32,000 nucleotides of DNA, from contig NC_000917.1 in the NCBI RefSeq assembly GCF_000008665.1, positions 630,001-662,000 on the forward strand, given 5' to 3'. Source of the stretch: Archaeoglobus fulgidus DSM 4304. Its GTDB lineage: Archaea; Halobacteriota; Archaeoglobi; Archaeoglobales; Archaeoglobaceae. This document shows, piece by piece, positions 1-8,867 of this stretch (positions within the stretch are counted from its first letter, which is position 1; every line of letters starts with the position of its first letter). Made by a program: the position numbers and the translations under genes. The notes under the pieces were generated by a model. The model did no database searches and was not told the DNA's origin. It saw nothing but the letters and a program-made list of their open reading frames with translations.

Positions 1-168
1 TTGCTTGTTTTGCTGCTGGTCATCAGCATAGCTCTGAACCTGCTGCTCCTAAAAAAAGTGAGAGAATTAAACAGAGAATTGCGCGAGGTCGGGGCAAGAG
101 TGAGCGTGACGAAGGAGGAGCTTACCGCAATCAGGTCGAGACTTGAGAGGATGAAGGGTGAGCTTTAA
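1..168 (+). CDS. 3' end of a hypothetical protein (hydrophobic segment then a charged coiled-coil-like tail); 5' end lies outside the window
   Basis: Frame 1 is open from base 1 to TAA at 166-168 ([31 protein letters not shown]...RLERMKGEL). No family motif recognised. Confidence 0.3.
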
Positions 169-182
169 AATCGGCGTTTGAA

Positions 183-398
183 TCAGCCGAGAACCTCAAG
201 AACTCCTTCACACATTTTTATGTTCATGAGGTAATCATCCAAGGCGGAGAGAAGAGTTCCGATTTTCTCAACCCTGACCTCTATCACGATGCGGTTATCA
301 GCCCAGCAGCTGCACCACTCGGGGTCGTCTGGCTTGAGAGCCTTCACAACAGCCTCAGGGTCTTTGGATTCTACTTCTAAGCGAGCATGGCACAGCAA
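183..398 (-). CDS. Small Pcc1/CTAG-like protein (possible KEOPS subunit)
   Basis: 71-aa ORF. The pattern EAVVKALKPDD...IVIEVRVEKIGTLLSALDDYLMNIKMCEGVLE resembles archaeal Pcc1 (beta-beta-beta-alpha with an LRa..nsylr helix). It overlaps the upstream RecJ-like gene by 22 nt on the same strand. The start codon is uncertain. Confidence 0.45.
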   Translation of the reverse strand: MLCHARLEVESKDPEAVVKALKPDDPEWCSCWADNRIVIEVRVEKIGTLLSALDDYLMNIKMCEGVLEVLG

Positions 399-1693
399 AG
401 CCTGTCAACCTCCTTCAGAAACTCTTCGACTTTATCCGGCGTGATGTTCGCTCCCGCTGCAACCCTGTGCCCCCCTCCTCTTCCCCCAACCTTCTCGGCT
501 GCAAGCCTCATTACTTCCGCAAGGTCAACTCTCTCAGCCAGAGCCTCGTTAGTTCTCGCGGAAACTTTCGCGTACTCATTCTTGATGTTGACGACGATCA
601 GGGGTTTGTCTGTGAAAACGTAGCGGGAAAATATGGTCGCTATCGGACTCGCGGAGAGCCCGTTCTCCATAACCAGATACCTTATGCAGAAGCCTTCTTT
701 AACCTCATTTCTCCATTTTTTGAGCTCTTCAAGAGTCTGAATGACGTATTCGTTGTTTATCCTGATGGCTCTGTTCATCGCCTCCACGTCTCCGAGAAGC
801 ATGGCTAAGGCCGTGCTCATAGCCCCAATCCTCCCGCAGGAGTTTACAACATCGACAGCCGTAACAGCATTCTTGATGAGCAGGTTTTTCAGAATCAGCC
901 TTTTTCCAACGATTTGGCTGAATATGCCCGTGTAGGCATTCATCTTTAGAAGTCTCAGCACTATCGCGTCAGCGAGTCGCCTGATCTCCTCGTCGCTAAG
1001 CTCATCAAACTCCTTGTCTCCATCGAGCCTCGCCTTCTCAAGAAACTCCTCAAGCTCCTCCTCCTTTCCGTAGAAGTCGAGAAACGGCTCCAGGCTCTGG
1101 ACCAGCACGTCGCGCAGCTTCCCCGACGGGAGGCTCACCCCTTTTCTCTCCTCAACCACTCCAGCCTCCAAACCGTTTCTCAGAATCTCCTCGTTACCCC
1201 CAACCATCCTCTGCTTGTCTCCGAGGGCGCCGATCAAAGCTACAGATGCCAGCTCCCTGTTCCTCCCGAGCTCGTTGGCAAAGAAGTAGCATACGCCGCT
1301 TGCCGATAGTTCAAAGGTTCCGTCCATGCCCACGAGGTGGGGGTTGACGTGGGCAAGATTCCTCTTCGGCCTTATCTCCCCGTTGGGGATGTGGTGGTCT
1401 AGTATGACAACATCCGTGTCAACCTGCGAGATTAAATCAGCATAACCACTCCCCATATCGGCGAAGAGCAGAAGCTCTCCCTGCTCGTACTCAAAGGGCT
1501 CGTTCAGACCCTTCAGAAAAGTGATGTGAAAGGCCTTACCCGCCTTTAGGAGGGCTTTGGCTATGATCGCACCAGCTGAGATTCCATCTGCATCATGGTG
1601 TGTGTATATTCTGATGAAGTCGTGCCTTGCAACGAGGTCGGCAGCCCTCCTTGCCCTCTCCCTCAGCAGGTTAATTGCCGAGCCCGAACTCAT
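377..1693 (-). CDS. DHH/DHHA1 phosphoesterase, archaeal RecJ/Cdc45(GAN)-like nuclease, paralog 1
   Basis: 438 aa. DHH-family motifs are present: HHDADGISAGAI, FADMGSG, VVILDHH, IGALGD, and the C-terminal DHHA1 motif GGGHRVAAGA. Confidence 0.85.
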   Translation of the reverse strand: MSSGSAINLLRERARRAADLVARHDFIRIYTHHDADGISAGAIIAKALLKAGKAFHITFLKGLNEPFEYEQGELLLFADMGSGYADLISQVDTDVVILDHHIPNGEIRPKRNLAHVNPHLVGMDGTFELSASGVCYFFANELGRNRELASVALIGALGDKQRMVGGNEEILRNGLEAGVVEERKGVSLPSGKLRDVLVQSLEPFLDFYGKEEELEEFLEKARLDGDKEFDELSDEEIRRLADAIVLRLLKMNAYTGIFSQIVGKRLILKNLLIKNAVTAVDVVNSCGRIGAMSTALAMLLGDVEAMNRAIRINNEYVIQTLEELKKWRNEVKEGFCIRYLVMENGLSASPIATIFSRYVFTDKPLIVVNIKNEYAKVSARTNEALAERVDLAEVMRLAAEKVGGRGGGHRVAAGANITPDKVEEFLKEVDRLCCAMLA

Positions 1694-3059
1694 CGTGCAC
1701 TACCTTCACAGCATTAACGCCATCGCTACCGTCAACGACGAACGAAACGTTGTACTCAGAGCAGCTCTGGCTGATCATTATTACGTTTATTCCGTTCTTG
1801 CCAAGCGCTGAGAAAATCTTTCCTGCAACGCCCGGCGTTCCAGCCATTCCCGAACCAACTGCGCTCACGACCGCTATGTAGGGAATCTTTTCGACCTTTA
1901 TCACGCCGTTTTCCAAGCTTTTCAGGGCGTTGTAGGCCTTCTCCAAGTCCCGGATATCGACCACTATCGACAGATTCAGCTCTGAGGAGCTCTGAGCTAC
2001 CATAATGACGTTTACCCTCTCCTCAGCAAGTCTGCCAAAAACCTCCGACATTATCTCCGCAAAATCGAAGCCCGCACCGCTGACGTTGACTATCCCCGCC
2101 TGCGGAATGAGGCTTAAAGCCTTCACTATCTCGCTTGAATCCTTCGTTGTCGGGCCAATCACGGTTCCCGGAGCATCGGGGTTGAAGGTGTTCTTGATTC
2201 TTACTGGAATGTTCTTCCTCATCACCGGCTCCAAGGCTCTCGGGTGAAGTATCTTTGCTCCGAAGTGGGACAGCTCCATTGCCTCCTGATAGGATATCTC
2301 CGGAATCACCCTCGCATTGGGCACGTACTTGGGGTCGCAGGTCATTATTCCGTCAACTTCCTTCCACAGCCACACCTCGTCCGCGTCAAGGGCTGCGGCG
2401 AGTATTGTTGCGGTGTAGTCGCTCCCTCCTCTGCCGAGGGTTGTTATGCTGCCGTCATCCGTTGCGCCTATGAAGCCCGTAACGACGGGAATAGTTTTCT
2501 TTATCGTCAGCAAAGGCTCAAGCCTGTTTCTGATTGTTGTGTAAACCCCGGGAAGCGGCTTTGCCCTCCCAAAGTTCCTGTCCGTGATTATTCCTGCATC
2601 CCCTCCAGTGAGAGCTACAGAATCAACGCCGAGGGAAAGAAGGGCTGCTGAAAATATTGGAGCTGAGAGCCTCTCGCCGAAGGAGACTATATAGTCCTCA
2701 CTTCTCCTCGTAAGCTCGCCAAGGTAGCTGATTCCGAGGAGAACCTTTTCAAGCTCATCAAGAAGTCGCTCTACAGCTGCAATCACCTTTGCCTTGATTT
2801 CGTCGTTCCTGACCGCATACTCGATCGCCTCGTAGTGTCTCTTCATCATATCCGCGATGAACATCTTGATGAATCCGGCAGATGGTTCAGAGCAGCAGCG
2901 GTGCGCGGCCTTTAAAAGTGCATCAGTCACACCCTGCATCGCTGAGACAACGACTACAACTTCATTTCCCTCCGAGAACTTTTTAACGAGATTAGCGCAA
3001 TGGTAAATGTTTTCCCCATCTTTAACGCTCACTCCTCCGAACTTCATTACGATTCTCAT
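1671..3059 (-). CDS. lysC: Aspartate kinase (aspartokinase) with C-terminal ACT domains
   Basis: N-terminus MRIVMKFGGVSV, motifs VVVVSAM, GRGGSDYTA and DGIMTCDPK, plus a tandem ACT-like C-terminus. I prefer ATG at 3059 over the tracked TTG at 3080, because a TATA-like box at 3083-3090 lies about 27 nt upstream of 3059. Confidence 0.9.
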   Translation of the reverse strand: MRIVMKFGGVSVKDGENIYHCANLVKKFSEGNEVVVVVSAMQGVTDALLKAAHRCCSEPSAGFIKMFIADMMKRHYEAIEYAVRNDEIKAKVIAAVERLLDELEKVLLGISYLGELTRRSEDYIVSFGERLSAPIFSAALLSLGVDSVALTGGDAGIITDRNFGRAKPLPGVYTTIRNRLEPLLTIKKTIPVVTGFIGATDDGSITTLGRGGSDYTATILAAALDADEVWLWKEVDGIMTCDPKYVPNARVIPEISYQEAMELSHFGAKILHPRALEPVMRKNIPVRIKNTFNPDAPGTVIGPTTKDSSEIVKALSLIPQAGIVNVSGAGFDFAEIMSEVFGRLAEERVNVIMVAQSSSELNLSIVVDIRDLEKAYNALKSLENGVIKVEKIPYIAVVSAVGSGMAGTPGVAGKIFSALGKNGINVIMISQSCSEYNVSFVVDGSDGVNAVKVVHDEFGLGN

Positions 3060-3075
3060 CCTATTTCCTGCCCTA

Positions 3076-3097
3076 AGCAAGAAATATAAATCTTGCT
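3076..3097 (-). promoter_or_regulatory. Perfect 7-bp inverted repeat (AGCAAGA / TCTTGCT) bracketing the AATATAAA TATA-like box of the lysC promoter
   Basis: Read directly: AGCAAGA-AATATAAA-TCTTGCT. It lies 4 nt after the stop of the upstream 270-aa gene (stop at 3101-3103), and its centre is about 27 nt upstream of the lysC ATG. Confidence 0.35.
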
Positions 3098-3100
3098 GAG

Positions 3101-3913
3101 CTATCTGGGGCTCCAGAACCTGTAAAAGAGCTTTCTACATTTTTCATAATCAAGTTTATCGACGAACCTCACCAGCTTCTGCTCGTGCGTGAAGTGGGGA
3201 TAGTCCCCATCAAAATCGGGCTCCATCTCCCTTTTTTCCAGCAGAGATGTGAATATTAAATTTCTGGCCGCAAGAAGCCTCAGGTCGTCATCCTCTTCAA
3301 AGATGAACGCTTTCAGCAATTTCTCCCCCGGATTTTCGAGGTACCTAGTTCCAAGCCTTTCAGCAATGATTTCCGGAATCCTCACACTTTCAGCATCGAG
3401 AATTTCTGCCAGCTTAATGTGGTTCATTCCAGCCTCGATGACCGCCTCATCCAAATCATCAAGTGCCTTGGCCCTCATTTCGTCCCTCAGCATTATTCTT
3501 TCAGCTTCAGCCTCGGAGAACCTCAAAACCTTTTCAACGATCTCGTCAAAGTCAGATTTCAGGAAGGACTCTGTGTAATCGATGTAGAGAGCATTGACCC
3601 TCTTCTCCATCTCCCTCACCCTCTCATCCCCCTCGCTGAAATTTTTCAGCCTCTCCACCTCTTCAAGATAGGGCTCTACCTGCATTATCTCCCTGCTCTT
3701 CAGCTCTTTCAGCATCTCGATTAGCTTTCGCGTGTAAAGGGGGAACTGCGTGCTGATTTTCCTCACGTAAAGGTCCACCGTTATTTTCCCCTCAAGAACG
3801 TCGTGAAAAAGGTCGTTTTTCGGCTCTTCGAGAACTATCACGCTGTAATTCGAGAACTCCGATTTTAAAAATTGGAGATTCTCAATCCTCGGGGATGTGT
3901 AAACCACCCTCAT
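3101..3913 (-). CDS. Hypothetical protein, acidic and predicted helical, no recognised family
   Basis: 270-aa ORF with coding-like composition. Its ATG overlaps the thi4 stop (ATGA at 3910-3913), implying co-translation. Confidence 0.6.
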   Translation of the reverse strand: MRVVYTSPRIENLQFLKSEFSNYSVIVLEEPKNDLFHDVLEGKITVDLYVRKISTQFPLYTRKLIEMLKELKSREIMQVEPYLEEVERLKNFSEGDERVREMEKRVNALYIDYTESFLKSDFDEIVEKVLRFSEAEAERIMLRDEMRAKALDDLDEAVIEAGMNHIKLAEILDAESVRIPEIIAERLGTRYLENPGEKLLKAFIFEEDDDLRLLAARNLIFTSLLEKREMEPDFDGDYPHFTHEQKLVRFVDKLDYEKCRKLFYRFWSPR

Positions 3914-4692
3914 AACTTCAGGTCTTCAGCAACTATTTCCGCAACCTTCTTTCCGCTCAGCAGCATTCCGCCAAAAATCGGCCCCATTCTCGGCAGGTTA
4001 TGGACTGCTGCAACGGCCATTCCTGCAGCGTAAAGCCCTTTAACGATTTTTCCAGTCTTTTCCACGATTTCCCTCTCCGCAACTTCGGAGTAAGCGGACC
4101 TTTCGCCGACAACGGAGACTTCCAGCGGTATCTTTCTTGCAGCAACGGATATAACCTCCGCATCATGCCCGGTTGCATCCACAACAGCCCTGCTTCTCAG
4201 GAAAAGCGGGTCAACGTGCAGTCCAGAAATCTCAACCGCGCTCCACTGAATGCAAACACCCCTAACCCCAAGCGGGTCGTCCCTGAATATAACGTCCTCT
4301 ACCGAAACTCCGTGAATTATCTTTGCTCCGGCATCAATGGCCTTTGCGGCGAGCTTTGCCATGAACTCGGCAGAATCCGCAACGAGAAAGTTTCTGTGCT
4401 CGGTGTACCTGATACCAAAGTCGTCGAGGATGTCCTTCGCCTCCCTCTCCACGACGACTTTATGAAAGAGCATTCCTCCTCCGCCTATCCCACCGCCAAA
4501 ACTCAGCCTGCGCTCAAGAACGAGCGTCTTAAGGCCCTTTTCCGCAAGGTATCTCGCAGCGGTTAGCCCCGATGGCCCGGCACCAACAACAATGACGTCG
4601 GACTCCGCGTATTCGACCCATTCCTCCGAAGCGGTTTCGACTATTGCCTTTGTGATTTCTGCTTCCATAACCTCAGTAAATTTTAGCGGCAT
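3910..4692 (-). CDS. thi4: Thiazole synthase Thi4 (archaeal type, His at the position of the yeast sulfur-donor Cys)
   Basis: 260 aa. FAD/NAD fold motif [19 protein letters not shown], then [18 protein letters not shown] and [11 protein letters not shown]. Confidence 0.9.
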   Translation of the reverse strand: MPLKFTEVMEAEITKAIVETASEEWVEYAESDVIVVGAGPSGLTAARYLAEKGLKTLVLERRLSFGGGIGGGGMLFHKVVVEREAKDILDDFGIRYTEHRNFLVADSAEFMAKLAAKAIDAGAKIIHGVSVEDVIFRDDPLGVRGVCIQWSAVEISGLHVDPLFLRSRAVVDATGHDAEVISVAARKIPLEVSVVGERSAYSEVAEREIVEKTGKIVKGLYAAGMAVAAVHNLPRMGPIFGGMLLSGKKVAEIVAEDLKL

Positions 4693-4715
4693 TTATAACT
4701 TTCATCGTACCCGCT

Positions 4716-4898
4716 TTAGCCCCTCAAAAAGTAGTACATCAGCCCCACGAATCCTATGAGGCTCACGGCCAATTCCGTAGAACTTTGCGAAACGACACTT
4801 CCCAGAAGGTACATCGGGGCAAAAAGCAAGACTGGGATGAACGAGACGAGTTCTAAGAGGGCTATGGGGAGCAGCAGAGGTATCAGCACTCCTATCAT
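4716..4898 (-). CDS. Small hydrophobic membrane protein (2 predicted TM segments)
   Basis: 60-aa [35 protein letters not shown]...[18 protein letters not shown]-like TTAAATATTT box (4919-4928, minus strand) lies about 26 nt upstream of its ATG. It ends 23 nt before thi4. Confidence 0.4.
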
Positions 4899-4918
4899 TG
4901 CTCAAGCTTGCTAAATTC

Positions 4919-4928
4919 AAATATTTAA
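4919..4928 (-). promoter_or_regulatory. TATA-like box for the small membrane ORF (and possibly thi4 downstream)
   Basis: Minus-strand TTAAATATTT centred about 26 nt upstream of the ATG at 4898. This is typical archaeal leaderless spacing. Confidence 0.35.
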
Positions 4929-5009
4929 TCTTTACTGACCTCATGAGCATTATCATAACGCTTAAACCCATCGCAACCGTTTTTATCTCCGCCGATTTAA
5001 AGTTCAGGT

Positions 5010-5831
5010 GTGTCGCTGAAGGAGTTGCTCAAGGACAGGCTAAGTGAGGAGGAGCTGAAACTCGTTAGGAGGAGCTTTGAAATAATAGGAGATGTCGTAA
5101 TCATTGAGATTCCGGATGAGATAATGCACCACAGCAGGGATATTGTGGAAGCGATACTGAAAAGGCACAAGCACGTAAAAACGGTTCTGAGAAAGGTTGG
5201 TGAGGTTGATGGCGTTTACAGAGTTGCCAGATACGAGCCCATTTACGGTGAGAAAACGGAGACTGTTGTGAGGGAGCACGGTTGCAGATTTCTGGTTGAC
5301 CCAACTAAGGCTTACTACTCGGTAAAGCTTTCGGGGGAAAGGGAGAGAATTGCGAGACTTGTTGGTGAAGGGGAGAGAGTTCTGGTGATGTTCGCGGGTG
5401 TTGGGCCTTACCCGATAGTCATAGCAAAGCTCGCAAGGCCGAGAGAGGTTGTTGGGGTTGAGCTCAACCCCCACGCTGTGGAGTACTTCAGGCAAAACGT
5501 CAGGCTCAATAAGGTTGAGGGTGTTGTGAAGGTGATTGAGGGGGACGTTGAGGAAGTTGTTCCCCAACTCTCCGGGCAGTTTGACAGGGTGGTGATGCCT
5601 GCTCCCTATTCAGCGGAGAACTTCATCCACCTTCTCAGAGGTAAGGTTAGAAGGGGAGGGTTTGTTCACTACTACACCTTTGACAGCCAGAATGAGGAGA
5701 AAATTCTGCCCGAAAAGGTAAGGAGGAAGTTTGAGGATGAGGGTCTTGAGGTTGAGGTTGTGAAAATGAGGAGGTGCGGCAACTTCGCCCCCTACGTCAA
5801 CAGGTACGTGCTGGATTTGAGGGTGTTATAG
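5010..5831 (+). CDS. Trm5/Tyw2-family SAM-dependent tRNA-modification enzyme (short form lacking the D1 domain, so Taw2-like)
   Basis: 273 aa with a GTG start. SAM motif [17 protein letters not shown], followed by VGVELNP and DRVVMPAP. Its size and lack of an N-terminal D1 domain resemble Taw2 rather than Trm5b. Confidence 0.75.
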
Positions 5832-5876
5832 ACTTTTTATCTGCAATGTTTAAATTACGCAGGTCAAAGAGTTTTC

Positions 5877-7649
5877 ATGAAGTCTGCTTTGAAAATTCTC
5901 GCGTTGATGCTGATTCTAATCACTCCTGCCGGAGCGCAGTTCGAGAACGCTCAGAAAGCGAGCATAAAGGCCGTGGCTGTCACAAGCGGCGACCAGCCAA
6001 CGGGTGTTGTGATAAACATCTCCGTAATCGTTACACCCGGCGATGGCAGAGTTTTCGTCTCAACAACACCGTACACCGAAATAGACATGCAGGGAAGCGC
6101 TCAGCTTGCCGCAATTACTGCATGCGATTTGCTCGGTATAGACTTTACAAAATACGACTTTTTCTACATCATAGAGGCAGAAGCGCCAATTGTCGGTGGC
6201 CCCTCTGCTGGGGGTGTGTTGACGGTCGCAACGGTGGCAGCCCTCAAAAACCTAACAATAAGGGATGACGTCTACATGACCGGAATGATTTACCCGGACG
6301 GATACATCGGCCCTGTTGGAGGGCTAAAGTACAAGCTCGAAGCTGCTGCCAAAAACGGTGCCAAAATTTTCCTCATACCCCAGGGCCAGAGGATAACCTA
6401 CGTGGAAGAAAAGAAGGTCAGGAGAGTTGGAATCATCAGCTACATCGAAGTCGAATACAAAGAGCTCGATTTGGTTGAATACGGAAAGAAGCTCGGTGTG
6501 AACGTTTACGAGGTTGCCACGCTAAACGATGCACTGAAGTTTTTCACCGGTTACGAGATAAAGCAACCAGAGGGGCAGTTCAACATCGGAAGCTACTCGC
6601 AAATTCTCAAGAAGCTTGCCGACCGCATGAAAGCCTCTCTCGATGAGGTTACCGCCACCAGCGAAGATGCTGAGAAGCTGATTAAAAAGGCCGACGAGTT
6701 CTACAAAGAGGGTAAGTACTACACGGCAACCAGCACCTACTTCCAGGCGAAAATCCTCAAGAGGTACGAGGAGTACAAGAGCAAGATTGTTACAGCCCAG
6801 CAGTTTGACGAAGAGGTTGGAAAAATCCAGAACGAAATTGACCAGCTGAAGGACTACCTTGCGAAGGAGAAAATGGGCGTGAATTCCCTGCAGATCATTG
6901 CCGCTGCACAGGAGAGGGTTGCTGAGGCAGAAAACCTGCTTGAGAATGCTAAAAATGCAAAATCAGATGATGAGGCGTTACAGTATCTCGCCTACGCGAA
7001 GGAGAGGGTAGAGAGCGCCAAGGTGTGGCTGTCAATACTCCCCGATTTGAAGAACGACTACGAAATTTCCAAAGATGCTCTTAAGAGGAGAGCCGAGTTC
7101 TACGTTACGCAGGCGAGCTCGCTGCTAATTTACGCCTCATCGCTTAATGGGAACGAGTATCTGATAAACCAGGGTTTTGAGTCCCTTGACACAGCCAAAA
7201 GGCTGCTTTCCGAGGGCCTGTATGCGGGAGCGGCAGTGATGGCCCTGAACTCGATTACTGACGCGAGCCTTTCCATCGAGGTTACCTACGGCAAAATCGA
7301 TGACAAAGTAGAGGGGGCGAGGGAGGCAGCGATGGCAGCAATTTCAGAGGCTGAGAAATCGCTGTTTCCGGTGCTGCCCGCTGCGTACTTCGAGTACGCC
7401 GAGAACCTCGACAACCAGTACGCGAAACTGATGTACTACAAGCTCTCAATGAGGCTGGCAAAGCTGCTCTCGCTCATGGTGAGCTCAGGTGGGGAAAAGG
7501 AGCTTGTCCATGCAGAGTTTAACCCATACACCCACTACACACCCTCCGGAAAATCGACGATAGAGAGAATCGTCGAAACTCCCGGATTTGAGGGCTTAGC
7601 AGCAGTAACTGCAATCACAGCAGCGGCAATAGCAGCAAGACGCAGATAA
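5877..7649 (+). CDS. Secreted or cell-surface S16 (Lon-type) serine protease domain protein with a long helical domain and a PGF-CTERM-like anchor
   Basis: 590 aa. Signal peptide MKSALKILALMLILITPAGA. Lon proteolytic motifs VGGPSAGGVLTVATVAAL (Ser) and GGLKYKLEAAAKNGAKIFLIP (Lys). There is no AAA+ domain. C-terminus is TPGFEGLAAVTAITAAAIAARRR. Confidence 0.8.
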   Translation: MKSALKILALMLILITPAGAQFENAQKASIKAVAVTSGDQPTGVVINISVIVTPGDGRVFVSTTPYTEIDMQGSAQLAAITACDLLGIDFTKYDFFYIIEAEAPIVGGPSAGGVLTVATVAALKNLTIRDDVYMTGMIYPDGYIGPVGGLKYKLEAAAKNGAKIFLIPQGQRITYVEEKKVRRVGIISYIEVEYKELDLVEYGKKLGVNVYEVATLNDALKFFTGYEIKQPEGQFNIGSYSQILKKLADRMKASLDEVTATSEDAEKLIKKADEFYKEGKYYTATSTYFQAKILKRYEEYKSKIVTAQQFDEEVGKIQNEIDQLKDYLAKEKMGVNSLQIIAAAQERVAEAENLLENAKNAKSDDEALQYLAYAKERVESAKVWLSILPDLKNDYEISKDALKRRAEFYVTQASSLLIYASSLNGNEYLINQGFESLDTAKRLLSEGLYAGAAVMALNSITDASLSIEVTYGKIDDKVEGAREAAMAAISEAEKSLFPVLPAAYFEYAENLDNQYAKLMYYKLSMRLAKLLSLMVSSGGEKELVHAEFNPYTHYTPSGKSTIERIVETPGFEGLAAVTAITAAAIAARRR

Positions 7650-8826
7650 TCCCTGCTGAGAGTGTTCCGAGGAAGTTTACAGCGGAGTTCGTCAAATATC
7701 CCTTTTTTTCAAGCGTTGCACCGAGCAAGCTGTCTATGTGAACACCCGCGAAGGCCGAAAGCGTTACTGGCAAAAGCACATCGAAGCCAATAATGCCGAG
7801 GAGGAGAGACAGCAGTGCCGTAACTATGCATCCAAAAAGTGCAGCAAACTCTCCTTTAACAGAAATTCCGCCGCTCGTGCCGGGCTCAACTCTGCTGAAG
7901 TTTGTAATCAGATACACCTTCTCCTCCGCCTTTCCGATTTCACTCGCCATGGTATCGGCAAGAGCCGCTGCAACAGCTGCAACAAAGGCTGCTGCGAAAA
8001 TTGCATCCCCCGAAACACCGAACTGAACTGCAAAGAAGAGGGGGGCAAGGCTGTTTCCGAAAACGTTTGCGTAGCCCCTTGCCCCTCCGGCCTGCTCAGC
8101 TATTCCCCTTTCCAGCTTAACGCTGTACTTGTACTTCGTTATCGCTGAGCCAAGGGCGTAAAAAAGCAGAATTACTGCGAAGAACCTTATATCTGCGAAG
8201 AGAATCAGCGTCGTGCCGACAATGGTCGCGCTCATCAATCCCGACTCGTCCGCAACCTTTGCGTAGAGGGCAAGGAGGCTCACGAAGAATGAGAGCAGGA
8301 AGGCAAAAGCCAAGCTGTATATTGAAGCTGAGGGCACGTACATCTTGAATATCGTGAAGACGGATGAGATGGCTAAGAGTAACGTGAGCCTGCGGTCCGC
8401 ATTAGTGTCAACGCTCTCAACCAGCGCTGCCGTCAGACCGCCCGATAGGGAGATGAAGAAGGTATGCGCGAGTCTGAGTTCGACACCGTTTACTGCATGA
8501 TAGCAGAGAAAGTACAAAAGAGATGCTGTTGTGTAAACCGCTATATTCCAGAGAGCGTTTTTTCTGTAGTTGTGAACGGATATGAGAAAAATTGAGGCGA
8601 AAACAACGTCCTTAGGCAGTGAGAAGCATGACAGAGCTGAAAGAATCGTTGAGAAGAGAAACGCATTAAAATAAGATTCATCTTCAGTTACATTTCTCAA
8701 TTTCAGGCTAAATCCTCTCTTTTTACCGTAGATTAACGTTAGCAAGACCAGCAATCCGAGTACAAACCTTGGATCGAGTTTTATCGCAATCAAAGCTATT
8801 GCTGCAAGCACCAAAGCTGGATGCAT
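7615..8826 (-). CDS. Polytopic membrane protein with a C-terminal DUF92/COG1836 (TMEM19/VTE6-like) domain; the N-terminal half may be dolichol/phytol-kinase-like
   Basis: 403 aa, about 10 or more hydrophobic segments. C-terminal half carries GGARGYANVFGNS, ALADTMASEIGK and GTSGGISVKGE. A TATA-like box at 8850-8858 lies about 28 nt upstream of the ATG. Confidence 0.7.
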   Translation of the reverse strand: MHPALVLAAIALIAIKLDPRFVLGLLVLLTLIYGKKRGFSLKLRNVTEDESYFNAFLFSTILSALSCFSLPKDVVFASIFLISVHNYRKNALWNIAVYTTASLLYFLCYHAVNGVELRLAHTFFISLSGGLTAALVESVDTNADRRLTLLLAISSVFTIFKMYVPSASIYSLAFAFLLSFFVSLLALYAKVADESGLMSATIVGTTLILFADIRFFAVILLFYALGSAITKYKYSVKLERGIAEQAGGARGYANVFGNSLAPLFFAVQFGVSGDAIFAAAFVAAVAAALADTMASEIGKAEEKVYLITNFSRVEPGTSGGISVKGEFAALFGCIVTALLSLLLGIIGFDVLLPVTLSAFAGVHIDSLLGATLEKKGYLTNSAVNFLGTLSAGIICVLLLLPLL

Positions 8827-8831
8827 CGGGA

Positions 8832-8858
8832 AAAGTTAAGTATTCCTTGCATTTAAAC
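8832..8858. promoter_or_regulatory. Interdigitated divergent promoter region (two TATA-like boxes in a 41-bp intergenic gap)
   Basis: AAGTTAAGTATT (8832-8843) lies about 30 nt upstream of the plus-strand ATG at 8868. GTTTAAATG read on the minus strand (8850-8858) lies about 28 nt upstream of the minus-strand ATG at 8826. Confidence 0.3.
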
Positions 8859-8867
8859 TTTGATGAG

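Noticed and set aside
4702-4971. 89-aa minus-strand ORF overlapping the 60-aa membrane ORF
   Set aside because: The alternative frame (4716..4898) gives a clean 2-TM protein with a TATA-like box at the right distance. The 89-aa frame is Arg/Ser-rich with no features.
4693-5009. Possible TPP riboswitch or other structured RNA upstream of thi4
   Set aside because: No THI-box-like conserved segments (such as CTGAGA with an ACCTGATCTGGATAATGCC-type partner) are visible on either strand. The region is accounted for by a small membrane ORF plus promoters.
7615-7649. 35-nt convergent overlap of the protease and DUF92 3' ends, each encoding a hydrophobic C-terminal helix
   Set aside because: Reverse complements of Ala/Leu/Ile-rich codons tend to stay open and hydrophobic. 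The overlap is short and needs no special mechanism, so it is noted only as compaction.
8769-8867. N-terminal extension of the UPPS-like ORF
   Set aside because: The extension would overlap the divergent DUF92 gene start by 58 nt and adds no family-like sequence. The ATG at 8868 has a TATA-like box about 30 nt upstream.
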